55,019 bases of DNA from a virus (Duplodnaviria; Caudoviricetes), in the IMG/VR virus record IMGVR_UViG_3300028557_000047, positions 1 to 55,019 of that record, one strand, 5' to 3'. The translations under genes and the position numbers were made by a program. The notes beneath the pieces were generated by a model that was not told where the DNA came from, did no database searches, and saw nothing but the letters and a program-made list of their open reading frames with translations. This document shows, in pieces, positions 19,720 to 29,441 of this stretch; positions within the stretch are counted from its first letter, which is position 1; every line of letters begins with the position of its first letter.

Positions 19720-21009
19720 ATGAGCATCATCGACCATATCCTAAAGGAAAAAGCAAGTTCAGTCTATTTTGAACTTTCACGCATGCTCGACGAGAAGGCA
19801 TCTGAAATTGCTTCTCAGTACAAAAATGAGTTTGACAAGGAGTGCTTTGACGATATCAATGAAAGCCCTCTTACCGGCAATCAGCACAAGATTGATGCCA
19901 ATAAAAACGGCAAACTTGATGCCCATGACTTTAAGCTCCTTCGTGCAAAAAATGATAAGCCGCCTTTCGATCAGCCTTATTCCAAGACTAAGGTGCACAA
20001 GGATGAGTATGGTAACGTAATCAGAAATGTTGCTAAGCGCCTAGCCAAGAAGGGTATGGCCGCTAACGAAGAAATGAGTCCGCAAGAAGCACATTACCGC
20101 AAACGTGGTTTCTATAGTTACGCACTCAAAGCTCCCACCCCAGCTGAGGCAATCGGCCATGCAATGAATACGATTACCGCGAAGTATGCAAAATCAAAGA
20201 AGAAAACTAACGAAGAAGCTGACCTTCATGAGCTGTCTAAAGAGAAGCTCGCAGATTACTTAGACAAGAGCCAAAGCGGCAGACAACACCCTACTCCCGA
20301 AAAGTTCCGTAAGTCAGCAAAAATGGCTACCATTGCGGCCAAAAAGATCGGGAAACGCTTCCCTGGTTCGGGGCAGGTAAGTGTTAAGGTCAAAGCGACT
20401 AACGAAGAAGCTGTTATTGACGAAAACGCGAAGGCATACGACGCTCACTTTGACAAGCAAACAGACGCAGTTAAAAACAGACTTAACCTCCATATGAGAA
20501 ACGGGTTGACATATCCCGAGGCGGTAGCAAAAACTAGAAAAGTGGGAAGCTCAGTAAAAGGTTGCACACCACTCAACGAAGAAGTTGAAGATGACGGCTG
20601 GTATGCTCATAAAGAAATGCACGGCAAGGTTTCAAAAGAAGATTGGAAAAAAGGCTGGAGATATAACAAGCTCCGCCCCAAGGTTCCTTTCTATCATGGG
20701 CCGACGAAGACGTACCACGCTAAAATTAAAGAAGAATATATGGATGAGAAGACACTCACCTCAGCTGAAATGAAAAAGCGGGAAGAAGTTGTCAAAACCA
20801 TCGAGCGTAAAAAAGAGCGCAAGGGATATGACCCCGGTGCTGACGAGGCTGTTTACGAGGATAAAACTCGAGTCGGAACCCTTGCACAGCGCACTCAAGC
20901 GTATCGTGATGACAAAGCAAAGGCGCTAAAAGGTAAGCAGCACAAACTCGACAAGAACAAGAACGGCAAACTTGATGCTCACGATTTTAAGCTATTGAGA
21001 AAAGATTAG
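19720..21009 (+). CDS. Putative internal head / prohead-core polyprotein with two EF-hand-like repeats
   Basis: Lies between gp20 and gp21; Lys/Glu-rich; recurrent xNEE/KEE sites; duplicated QHKxDxNKNGKLDAHDFKLLR. Confidence 0.55.
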   Translation: MSIIDHILKEKASSVYFELSRMLDEKASEIASQYKNEFDKECFDDINESPLTGNQHKIDANKNGKLDAHDFKLLRAKNDKPPFDQPYSKTKVHKDEYGNVIRNVAKRLAKKGMAANEEMSPQEAHYRKRGFYSYALKAPTPAEAIGHAMNTITAKYAKSKKKTNEEADLHELSKEKLADYLDKSQSGRQHPTPEKFRKSAKMATIAAKKIGKRFPGSGQVSVKVKATNEEAVIDENAKAYDAHFDKQTDAVKNRLNLHMRNGLTYPEAVAKTRKVGSSVKGCTPLNEEVEDDGWYAHKEMHGKVSKEDWKKGWRYNKLRPKVPFYHGPTKTYHAKIKEEYMDEKTLTSAEMKKREEVVKTIERKKERKGYDPGADEAVYEDKTRVGTLAQRTQAYRDDKAKALKGKQHKLDKNKNGKLDAHDFKLLRKD

Positions 21010-21074
21010 AATTACTGCTATTCCTGAATAATACAATATGATAAATATAAAGAACTCAACAAGGAGGACTTCTC

Positions 21075-21908
21075 ATGCCACAATGGGGCAATACGGACAA
21101 CACTGCTAACTCAGTCCTGTGGGGTGTATCACAGCTAAAGCAAGTTGCAAATTCAACTACTCAAACCAACCTATACGGCAATACTACACCTGATGCTTTC
21201 ATTAGCGGGCAGACAACCGGAGTGTTTGGTCTTGATACCACAGAAATTGGAGTTGCAAACAGCTCGGTTGTGGCATATGAAGTAACATTCACCGGCTCTG
21301 GTTATACAGCTAATGCCGCGGTTACAGTAAGCGGTACTGCTACCGCCAATGCTACTGCCAACTCAACCGGTCGCATCTCTGCTGTAAACATTGTTCTTCC
21401 TGGCAACTCATACACAACGGCTCCTACCGTCGCTGTAGCCGCGCCTGCCGCCATTACATTTTCTGCTAACTCTACCTCAGTTACAGTAGGGAACTCTACC
21501 GTTAAAGGGTTTATCACTCTAGGTGCCAATACTCTTTTCTTAAGTAACAATGATATTGTTAACTATCGTGTTCCAGCTGCAAATACAGCCGTTGGTGGTC
21601 TTGCCAACAACAACAACTATTTTGTCATCGTCGCAAACTCTACTGCGATCCAACTAGCCACCAATGCCGATGGTCCTGCAATCAATCTTGCTTCGGTTGG
21701 AACTGGTGCTCAACCTCACACCCTAACCGGGCAGGCAGCTCTTGCTACCGCTACTGTGTCTGGTGTTGCCTCTGGTGCCGCTCACGTAGGTTGGGTTCTT
21801 CGTACCGTAGGCAAAGGTGGGCGTGCAGGGCGGGTTCAATACGAAACACTAGTAGCAATGTCTGGCATTACCAGTGATGGTGAAGATACCATCCTGAAGG
21901 ATGCCTAA
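21075..21908 (+). CDS. Virion structural protein (head/neck decoration-like)
   Basis: MPQWG N-terminus and HVGWV...GRAGRVQYETLVAM C-terminus; GATAAATA at 21040-21047. Confidence 0.6.
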   Translation: MPQWGNTDNTANSVLWGVSQLKQVANSTTQTNLYGNTTPDAFISGQTTGVFGLDTTEIGVANSSVVAYEVTFTGSGYTANAAVTVSGTATANATANSTGRISAVNIVLPGNSYTTAPTVAVAAPAAITFSANSTSVTVGNSTVKGFITLGANTLFLSNNDIVNYRVPAANTAVGGLANNNNYFVIVANSTAIQLATNADGPAINLASVGTGAQPHTLTGQAALATATVSGVASGAAHVGWVLRTVGKGGRAGRVQYETLVAMSGITSDGEDTILKDA

Positions 21909-21935
21909 TAAATAAGCGGTAAGAAGGAGACAATT

Positions 21936-22220
21936 ATGAGTCAGACCAAAAACATCGTAGAGGCAGTAATGAATGAATCACCAACTACCGCGAAAGAGCT
22001 AGTATCAGAACTTCTTAAGAGTAAAGCCACCAATCGGGTGCTTGAACACAAAGAATATTTTAGCCGCACTCTGTTCACTGAAGAAGATGAACTTGAGGAT
22101 GACGATCTGGACCTAGACGATGAAGATGATTTTGATGATGACGCCGACGACTTTGATGACGATGATCTAGACTTGGATGATCTAGACCTAGACGACCTAG
22201 ACCTGGATGACGAGGACTAA
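21936..22220 (+). CDS. Prohead core protein (gp67-like) with Asp/Leu-repeat acidic tail
   Basis: Short helical N-terminus plus very acidic DDLDL tail; position in head module. Confidence 0.6.
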   Translation: MSQTKNIVEAVMNESPTTAKELVSELLKSKATNRVLEHKEYFSRTLFTEEDELEDDDLDLDDEDDFDDDADDFDDDDLDLDDLDLDDLDLDDED

Positions 22221-22223
22221 TCT

Positions 22224-22850
22224 ATGAAAAAATTCTCACAGTTCCTTGAACCTAAAAAAGGCGAGGCCTCAAAGGCCACTGGGTATCTCCGGGTCCGTTC
22301 ACCAGACGAGCAGCGGTTTCTTGATGCTCATAGGCTAGAGGTAACTCCTGATGCCAATGGCAATGACGACGATCTGTTCAAAGCCAAAACCATCAAGTAC
22401 ATTAAGCGTAAGCCAGAGCGCCATGGTTATGATGCTCCTAGAGATGCCGAAGTGAACGAAGCTACAATGTGTTCAGCCGATCGTAGAAAAGCTAGACTCA
22501 GAGAAAAGCTTAATGGCGCCAAAACAATGAAGGAAGATGCTAAGTCTGCTTCATACAGTGAGATTAACGTGCGCGAACCAAACGGCAAGATTGTTACTCG
22601 CAAGAAAAAAGACGTAATCAAGTTAGAGTCAATTCTTGATACAGATTATGGTGTGCCTATTATTCTTGAGTTTGCCGATCACACGGAACGGCTGCCGACC
22701 GCTAAGGAAGTTGCTCTAATGAGTGCAACTATTAACTCACTCTCAGAAGCTAACGCTAACGAGTTTATCATCACAGCGGAACGAAATGCTGCTGGCTTTG
22801 ATGCCATGCTTTCGTTTGCTATTGAAAACAAAGAACTACTGGGGGTCTAA
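22224..22850 (+). CDS. Head-module hypothetical protein, likely internal/core
   Basis: N-terminus MKKFSQFLE resembles a capsid-targeting sequence. Confidence 0.5.
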   Translation: MKKFSQFLEPKKGEASKATGYLRVRSPDEQRFLDAHRLEVTPDANGNDDDLFKAKTIKYIKRKPERHGYDAPRDAEVNEATMCSADRRKARLREKLNGAKTMKEDAKSASYSEINVREPNGKIVTRKKKDVIKLESILDTDYGVPIILEFADHTERLPTAKEVALMSATINSLSEANANEFIITAERNAAGFDAMLSFAIENKELLGV

Positions 22851-23234
22851 ATGACATATAGTATTCAAGCAAATAGAAAGAATCTATCAGCAACACTGCA
22901 TTTCACTGCCAATTCTACTATCACTATTGCAGGTAATAATTCTGTTTCTAACGTCGCTATCGGCTCTGAAGTTCTAACTGGAGCATATATCACCCAGGCT
23001 TGGTGCGGAAGTTCATCTGGCGCAGGTGCCTATTGGAGAGTAAAGCGTGGCGCCAATACCGTGGCAGTCTTTGACTCTACTGCATATCTTGATTTTGCTG
23101 GTTGTGGCAATCCACTTACTCTAGATTCCACTGCAACCTTAGTAGTAGATTTGATCGGTGGCACTGACGGATTTTTGATTCTTGAATTGGCTAAGCAAGG
23201 CACATTGCCGTCACCGTATTTCACCCAGGAATAA
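22851..23234 (+). CDS. Hypothetical structural protein
   Basis: ORF abutting neighbours just upstream of gp21. Confidence 0.55.
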   Translation: MTYSIQANRKNLSATLHFTANSTITIAGNNSVSNVAIGSEVLTGAYITQAWCGSSSGAGAYWRVKRGANTVAVFDSTAYLDFAGCGNPLTLDSTATLVVDLIGGTDGFLILELAKQGTLPSPYFTQE

Positions 23235-23237
23235 ACT

Positions 23238-23906
23238 ATGAAGCTTATTACCGAAATTAACGAAGATGTAAAGTATGTGACTGAAGCCAAGGAAGATGGC
23301 ACCAAGTCGCTATACATCCAAGGCCCATTCTTGCAAGCAGAGATCACCAATCGTAATGGTCGGTGCTATCCTGCTAGCATTATGGAAAATGAGGTAAACA
23401 GATATACAAAGGAACTTGTGGGCTGTGGGCGCGCCCTTGGTGAACTTGGGCACCCTGACACTCCTGCAATTAATCTTGACCGGGTGTCACATATGATTGT
23501 AAGTCTAGTCCGTGAAGGTAATAACTGGAACGGCAAAGCTAAAATCATGAATACTCCAATGGGAAATATTGCTCGTGGACTTATCGAGGATGGAGTTCGG
23601 CTTGGAGTTTCTTCCCGTGGCCTTGGTTCACTAGAAAATAGAAATGGTATCAAATACGTTAAAGAAGACTTCCGTATCTCAACCGCCGCAGATATTGTAG
23701 CCGATCCTTCTGCCCCCGATGCATTTGTTAATGGCATCATGGAGGGAGTTGAATATTGGTATGACTCAAAGGGCGCTCTGGTCGCAGAACAAATTGCAGA
23801 TCGCGCCCGTAAGGATATCGAAACTCTAGCCAGAACTCGTAAGCTCACAGAAGCCAATAAACTTAAAGCTTTCAAGTCATATCTCAATCGTCTAACCAAG
23901 TCTTAA
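23238..23906 (+). CDS. gp21: Prohead protease gp21
   Basis: MKLITE, NRNGRCYP, ALGELGHP, GVSSRGLGS, DIVADPSAPDAFV motifs. Confidence 0.96.
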   Translation: MKLITEINEDVKYVTEAKEDGTKSLYIQGPFLQAEITNRNGRCYPASIMENEVNRYTKELVGCGRALGELGHPDTPAINLDRVSHMIVSLVREGNNWNGKAKIMNTPMGNIARGLIEDGVRLGVSSRGLGSLENRNGIKYVKEDFRISTAADIVADPSAPDAFVNGIMEGVEYWYDSKGALVAEQIADRARKDIETLARTRKLTEANKLKAFKSYLNRLTKS

Positions 23907-23925
23907 AACCTAAGATCACCACTTT

Positions 23926-23933
23926 TATAAATA
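23926..23933 (+). promoter_or_regulatory. Late promoter for gp22
   Basis: TATAAATA. Confidence 0.85.
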
Positions 23934-23960
23934 CCAGATAATCTATCAAGGAGATTACAT

Positions 23961-24986
23961 ATGTCCGAACTACCAGAAGATGACTACATTGACGATCTAG
24001 AAGATTATCTAGACGATGAAGAAGACGACCTAGAGCCCGTTGACGAATCCGCTGCATCCGATACACTTGCTCCAGGCAAGGGGTCTGGTGGTGGTGATCA
24101 GGGTCGCACTCAACTCATGGCCTCAGTCGTTGCTGCTATGGGCGGCATGGGCAAGGAAGACCTCAACAAGTTCAGTGAGGTTCTTGCTCAATTTGCCAAG
24201 AACAAGATGCCCGGCGCGGTTGATAACTCTGCCAAGAATAAGAACTCAATTCGTGCTACTGGTGTGGTTCGTGAGGATGTTGATGCTCTTTTTGAAGGCC
24301 AGGACCTATCCGAAGAGTTCAAGGCCAAGACCACTGCTCTGTTTGAAGCCGCAGTTTCAATCCAAGTTGAACTAGAAGTTGCTCGTCTCGAGGAAGCTTT
24401 TGAAGAACAGCTTGCAGAAGAAACGCAAGAGATTGAAACTCGCCTTGGTAAGTATCTTGACCACATTGTAGAAGAATGGCTCGAAGAAAATCAGATTGCC
24501 ATTGATTCTTCACTTCGGGTTGAAGCCACAGAGAACTTTATTGAAGGCCTTCGTAACCTATTCGCCGAGAACTTCATCGATGTTCCCGATGAGCGTCTAG
24601 ATATCGTTGGTGAACTATCGGCTCAACTTGAAGCCCTTGAGGATAAGCTAGATGAAGTAATCAATGAAAACATCGAACTCACTTCACTAGTCAATGAAGC
24701 CACACTAGAAGCTACATTCGAGGATGTTGCTGAAGGTCTTGCCATTACTCAAGTAGAAAAGCTACGCAATATTGCTGAAAACCTAAGCTTTGACTCGGTT
24801 GAAGAGTACAAGGAAAAGCTAGAACTCGTTCGTGAAAATTACTTCACTGCAAAACCAGCAACCTCAGAGTTATTCACCGAATCATTTGTTGCCCCAACTT
24901 CAATCTTTGAAGAAGCAGAAACCACAATTGCGGACCCTACAATGAATCGGTATGCCCAAGCCATCGCCAAAACCACTAAGAAATAA
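23961..24986 (+). CDS. gp22: Prohead core scaffold gp22
   Basis: LSEEFKAK..LFEAAV, YLDHIVEEWLEEN, MNRYAQAI motifs. Confidence 0.93.
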   Translation: MSELPEDDYIDDLEDYLDDEEDDLEPVDESAASDTLAPGKGSGGGDQGRTQLMASVVAAMGGMGKEDLNKFSEVLAQFAKNKMPGAVDNSAKNKNSIRATGVVREDVDALFEGQDLSEEFKAKTTALFEAAVSIQVELEVARLEEAFEEQLAEETQEIETRLGKYLDHIVEEWLEENQIAIDSSLRVEATENFIEGLRNLFAENFIDVPDERLDIVGELSAQLEALEDKLDEVINENIELTSLVNEATLEATFEDVAEGLAITQVEKLRNIAENLSFDSVEEYKEKLELVRENYFTAKPATSELFTESFVAPTSIFEEAETTIADPTMNRYAQAIAKTTKK

Positions 24987-24991
24987 GTTCT

Positions 24992-24999
24992 TATAAATA
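24992..24999 (+). promoter_or_regulatory. Late promoter for gp23
   Basis: TATAAATA. Confidence 0.85.
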
Positions 25000-25032
25000 A
25001 AAAAACTAATCACCCATAGGAGGGAAAGAATT

Positions 25033-26352
25033 ATGAATCTCACAGAAGAAAACCTACGCAATAAGTGGCAGCCAATTCTAGAGCATGCTGACCTTGCCCC
25101 AATCGTTAGCGCCCAGCGCCGCGACATTACTGCTACTCTACTAGAGAACACAGAAATTGCGCTACGCGAAAGCGGCTCTTTCCAAGGTCACACTCTACTT
25201 GGCGAGTCACCAGCCAACGTCACTGGTTCATCCATTGACAATTTCGACCCAGTCCTAATCTCACTTGTCCGTCGTTCAATGCCTAACCTAATGGCATATG
25301 ATATCTGCGGCGTTCAGGCCATGACAGGCCCTTCAGGTCTAATCTTCGCCATGCGCGCCCGTTATGGTGCTCAGAACGGTCCCGAGGCCTTCTACAATGA
25401 AGCCAACACCGGCTTCTCAACCATCGGTTCCGGTAACACTACTGTTAACCTAGCTGGTGGCCGTAATATCGGTGCCAACCTTACTTCTTCTAACAACGCC
25501 GGTTCAAACACCTATAACTATGCTACCGGTCTTGCTACTTCAGTCGGTGAACTATACGGTAACTCAACTGTTGAAATTCCTGAAATGTCCTTCTCAGTCG
25601 AGAAGGTTACTGCAACCGCTGTTACCCGTGCTCTAAAGGCCGAGTACACAATGGAACTTGCGCAGGACCTCAAGTCAATCCACGGTCTAGATGCCGAGAG
25701 CGAACTTGCTAACATCCTATCAGCCGAACTAATTGCCGACATCAACCGTGAAGTTGTCCGCGCCATTAACGTCTCCGCCGTTCAGGGTGCTTCATCCGAT
25801 ACTACTACTGCTGGTATCTTTGACCTAGACACCGACTCAAACGGCCGCTGGTCAGTTGAGAAGTTCAAGGGTCTAATGTTCCAGATCGAGCGTGAAGCTA
25901 ACAAGATTGCCCGTGACACTCGTCGCGGTAAGGGTAACATCGTGATCTGTTCATCTGATGTTGCTTCAGCCCTACAAATGGCTGGTGTCCTTGACTATGC
26001 TCCTGCTCTAAACAGCAACAACCTAAATGTTGATGACACCGGCAATACCTTCGCTGGTGTTCTTAACGGCCGCATGAAGGTCTACATCGACCCATATGCT
26101 GGCACTAACTATATGACCGTCGGTTATAAGGGTGCTGGTAAGTTCGATGCTGGTCTATTCTATTGCCCCTACGTTCCTCTACAAATGGTTCGTGCGACCG
26201 ATACCAGTTCATTCCAGCCCAAGATCGGCTTCAAGACCCGCTATGCCATGGTTGCCAACCCATTTGCCGAAGGTACTACCGAGGGCAATGGCGCTATCAC
26301 TCAAGATACCAACCGGTATTACCGCCGGATCATCGTTCAGAACCTACTATAA
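25033..26352 (+). CDS. gp23: Major capsid protein gp23
   Basis: DPVLISLVRR, ELAQDLKSIHGLDAE, FQPKIGFKTRY motifs. Confidence 0.97.
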   Translation: MNLTEENLRNKWQPILEHADLAPIVSAQRRDITATLLENTEIALRESGSFQGHTLLGESPANVTGSSIDNFDPVLISLVRRSMPNLMAYDICGVQAMTGPSGLIFAMRARYGAQNGPEAFYNEANTGFSTIGSGNTTVNLAGGRNIGANLTSSNNAGSNTYNYATGLATSVGELYGNSTVEIPEMSFSVEKVTATAVTRALKAEYTMELAQDLKSIHGLDAESELANILSAELIADINREVVRAINVSAVQGASSDTTTAGIFDLDTDSNGRWSVEKFKGLMFQIEREANKIARDTRRGKGNIVICSSDVASALQMAGVLDYAPALNSNNLNVDDTGNTFAGVLNGRMKVYIDPYAGTNYMTVGYKGAGKFDAGLFYCPYVPLQMVRATDTSSFQPKIGFKTRYAMVANPFAEGTTEGNGAITQDTNRYYRRIIVQNLL

Positions 26353-26376
26353 GTTTCGGCGCCCACAACTAAGATC

Positions 26377-26403
26377 GGGGGAGCTTTCGGGCTCCCCCTT
26401 TTT
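26377..26403 (+). terminator. Rho-independent terminator after gp23
   Basis: gggggagct-ttcg-ggctccccc followed by ttttt. Confidence 0.9.
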
Positions 26404-26441
26404 AGCATATAAATAGAGTAGGAAGAAGAAAAGGATTTGTA

Positions 26442-26960
26442 ATGAGCTTGAATACACAACCCGATAATGTCAATTTTCTATCTCCGGTAGGTTTCAAGAT
26501 GGTGCTTACAAGAGCGCCAACTACTTCGTTTTTTCTACAGAATGTTACCATTCCAGGTATTTCCATGCCATCTACTACACAGCCCACCCCATTTGTAAAA
26601 ATTCCTATCCCTGGGGATCATATCGACTACGAGGATCTTCAGATCGCGTTTAAGCTCGACGAAAATCTCTCAAACTGGCTAGAGATTCACAACTGGCTCG
26701 AAGCTCTTGGATTCCCAGATAAGTTCGAGCAGTATAAGGCTCTGGCAAATAAAGAAAACGGTGATACAGATTTAATCACTTCTGATATTACTGTGACGAT
26801 CCTAAATAGCGCCATGAAACCTAACATCGAATTCAAGTTTGAGGATGCATTTCCCATCTCTCTTAGTTCGTTTGACCTAAATACTATGGATCAGGGGATT
26901 GATTACGTATCATCTAGCGCTACATTCAAGTATAGAAAATATACCATTACAAAGTTGTAA
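26442..26960 (+). CDS. gp3: Tail completion / tube terminator gp3
   Basis: NFLSPVGF, LDENLSNWLEIHNWL, AFPISLS motifs; TATAAATA at 26408-26415. Confidence 0.88.
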   Translation: MSLNTQPDNVNFLSPVGFKMVLTRAPTTSFFLQNVTIPGISMPSTTQPTPFVKIPIPGDHIDYEDLQIAFKLDENLSNWLEIHNWLEALGFPDKFEQYKALANKENGDTDLITSDITVTILNSAMKPNIEFKFEDAFPISLSSFDLNTMDQGIDYVSSSATFKYRKYTITKL

Positions 26961-26976
26961 TGGGCGCACTTTTTTG

Positions 26977-27005
26977 TTGACATTGAACTAGTACGTGATT
27001 ATAAT
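26977..27005 (+). promoter_or_regulatory. Consensus sigma70 promoter upstream of uvsY
   Basis: TTGACA-17 bp-TATAAT. Confidence 0.9.
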
Positions 27006-27159
27006 AGGTTAGTGACCCTGACAAATGAACATAGGTTTCATTACAATCAAACACATCATAAATCATTTTTGTTTGGAAGCTTGTCTTCCAACGCGAAGCG
27101 GGTTCGGTAAAGTTTATCAGGTTGGGTTAATGCCTGGTTGGACATAGAAAGAGTATAGC

Positions 27160-27594
27160 ATGAAGCTGCAAGATATCTTTGACCTCTGGAAGGTTGATGT
27201 TGAGATCAATAGAAATGAACTAGGCGAGGAAGCACTCAAACTACCAAAGCTACACCACAAGTACTTTAGTATCTTCACGGAAGAAAAGCTAAAGCTTAGA
27301 GCATATGAGGCAGAGCTCAAGAAACTAAGGCTAGACAAGTATGAGTTTTTTACTCAGGGACCTTCGGATGAAACTGAAGCACTTGGTTGGAAACTTCCTC
27401 CAATTGGTAGAATAATTAAAGCCGATGCCAATAACTACATCGACGTAGATGAAGAAGTGGTTAAGCAGACTCTGCGGATCGGCATTCAGCAGGAAAAGAT
27501 TGCACTTCTGGACTCGATTATCCGCTCGCTAAATACTAGAGGCTTCTTGATTAAGAACGCCATCGACTGGGCGAGATTCCAAGTAGGCGGATAG
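27160..27594 (+). CDS. uvsY: Recombination mediator UvsY
   Basis: LPKLHHKY and RGFLIKNAIDWARF motifs. Confidence 0.9.
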   Translation: MKLQDIFDLWKVDVEINRNELGEEALKLPKLHHKYFSIFTEEKLKLRAYEAELKKLRLDKYEFFTQGPSDETEALGWKLPPIGRIIKADANNYIDVDEEVVKQTLRIGIQQEKIALLDSIIRSLNTRGFLIKNAIDWARFQVGG

Positions 27595-27597
27595 AGT

Positions 27598-29070
27598 ATG
27601 GACAGAATTCATCTACAGTATGTGAACGAGAGCTATGTAAAAGTAGTGGCGGATATGGCCCTCATGGCAGAGCTCAACGATCACTTTACCTACTTTGCAG
27701 AGAACTATAAGTTTCACCCAAAGTTCAAGATGGGCTTCTGGGATGGCAAGATACGACTTCTCAATATGATGACTGGGCTAATCTACGCAGGTCTTGCTCA
27801 TAAGATCAAGAAGTTCTGTGACAGTAGAGGTTATACATTTACGTTTGACGATCAGCTAGCATATGACGATGTATCTGTAGCCGAGGTGCGGAAGTTTATC
27901 AAGACTCTGAACCTACCTGCAGATAGAGAGCCTCGTGAATATCAAGTGGATGCGGTGGTAAAGTGTCTTAGGTCCCGCCGCAGAACTCTACTATCTCCTA
28001 CCAGCTCTGGTAAGTCACTCATCATCTACATACTATGTATGTGGTACAATACCAAGCAACTAATCATTGTGCCTACTACTGGTCTTGTTCTACAGATGAC
28101 AGCAGACTTTGAATCATATGGCTATAAGGGCACGATCCATAAGTCTACCGACAAGCTTAACAAAGGTCTCATCGAAGAACCTATCACTATAGCTTGCTGG
28201 CAGTCGATTGATAACGGTAAGTATAGTGTTCCGACTGCATGGTACTCTCAGTTTAAGTGTGTTATTGTAGACGAAGCTCATACTGCCAAGGCTACACAGA
28301 TCATCAAGATTGTTTCCAAGATGACCAAGTGTAAGTATCGCTTTGGCACTACGGGTACACTGGATGATAAGGACCTAAACACTGCCACCATCGAAGGACT
28401 ATTTGGTCCAAAGTATGCGGTTACTACCACAAAAGAACTAATGAATGATGGGCACGTCTCAAAGCTTACCATTAAGTGTATTATACTAAAGCACACAGAA
28501 AAGTCAAGGAAAGAATTCAAGGCTAAAGGAACTACCTACCCGGAAGAGATTGACTTTATCGTAGGGCACAATAGGCGGAACCATTTTATTAAGAATCTGG
28601 CGCTTTCCCTTAAAGGAAACAAACTTATCTTCTTTAAGTTGGTTGACAAACATGGCAAAGTGTTATATGATATACTTAAGGATGAAGCTAAAAATGTATT
28701 CTACATTGATGGCGCCGTAAAAGCCGTTGATCGGGAAGCAATTCGTACCGCAATCGAACAAGAAGAAGATGCAATACTTCTAGCTTCCCTGGGAACAACC
28801 TCAACCGGGGTTTCTATCAATCGACTTAAGCATATGATTGCCGCCTCTCCGTCAAAGTCAAAGATCAAAGTTCTACAGTCAATCGGTCGACTTCTGCGCC
28901 TGCACGAGGACAAGGAAGCTACAGGTGCTATCCTTTATGATATCGTTGACGACCTAGGCACAAAATCCAGCCAGAACTATACACTAAAGCACTTTGCCGA
29001 ACGTATCAAAATCTATGATCGTGAAGGCTTTGATTACAAAATCTATGTAGTAGGAATGAGAGATGAGTGA
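27598..29070 (+). CDS. uvsW: SF2 DNA helicase UvsW
   Basis: WDGKIRL, SPTSSGKS, DEAH, QSIGRLLR motifs. Confidence 0.95.
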   Translation: MDRIHLQYVNESYVKVVADMALMAELNDHFTYFAENYKFHPKFKMGFWDGKIRLLNMMTGLIYAGLAHKIKKFCDSRGYTFTFDDQLAYDDVSVAEVRKFIKTLNLPADREPREYQVDAVVKCLRSRRRTLLSPTSSGKSLIIYILCMWYNTKQLIIVPTTGLVLQMTADFESYGYKGTIHKSTDKLNKGLIEEPITIACWQSIDNGKYSVPTAWYSQFKCVIVDEAHTAKATQIIKIVSKMTKCKYRFGTTGTLDDKDLNTATIEGLFGPKYAVTTTKELMNDGHVSKLTIKCIILKHTEKSRKEFKAKGTTYPEEIDFIVGHNRRNHFIKNLALSLKGNKLIFFKLVDKHGKVLYDILKDEAKNVFYIDGAVKAVDREAIRTAIEQEEDAILLASLGTTSTGVSINRLKHMIAASPSKSKIKVLQSIGRLLRLHEDKEATGAILYDIVDDLGTKSSQNYTLKHFAERIKIYDREGFDYKIYVVGMRDE

Positions 29071-29380
29071 ACGGTACCTTCTTATTAAGCTTTGTAACGG
29101 TGAGGAACTCATCGGCGAAGTAGTATCCTCTGAGGGTAGCAATGAGATGCTCATCCACAAACCAATGTCAATTAGTCAAGGAAGTATTTCCAGGTATCAC
29201 TACTATAGAGATGAAGATGATCCATATGTAGTGCTGTTTAAGCATGGGATAATCTCTACCGCTACTCCGGGCGCCCAATACATCAACTTCTATCTAAAGT
29301 GTCTTGATCTTGAGAAAGGTATGACCACCGTTCCAGTTCTAGCAGATACTGTGTTTGAAGGAACAGGCACTATCAACTAA
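29063..29380 (+). CDS. Conserved T4-like hypothetical protein (Sm-like fold suspected)
   Basis: LIKLCNGEELIGEV; usual position between uvsW and gp55. Confidence 0.6.
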   Translation: MSERYLLIKLCNGEELIGEVVSSEGSNEMLIHKPMSISQGSISRYHYYRDEDDPYVVLFKHGIISTATPGAQYINFYLKCLDLEKGMTTVPVLADTVFEGTGTIN

Positions 29381-29386
29381 GTTGTG

Positions 29387-29414
29387 TTGACTTTATTACA
29401 GTTTGTGATACTAT
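29387..29414 (+). promoter_or_regulatory. sigma70-type promoter for gp55
   Basis: TTGACT-16 bp-TACTAT. Confidence 0.7.
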
Positions 29415-29441
29415 GACTATATTATACCCAGGAGACTACCA

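Noticed and set aside
22081-22217. GAY/CTR-rich low-complexity repeat
   Set aside because: Explained by the acidic tail typical of gp67-like core proteins.
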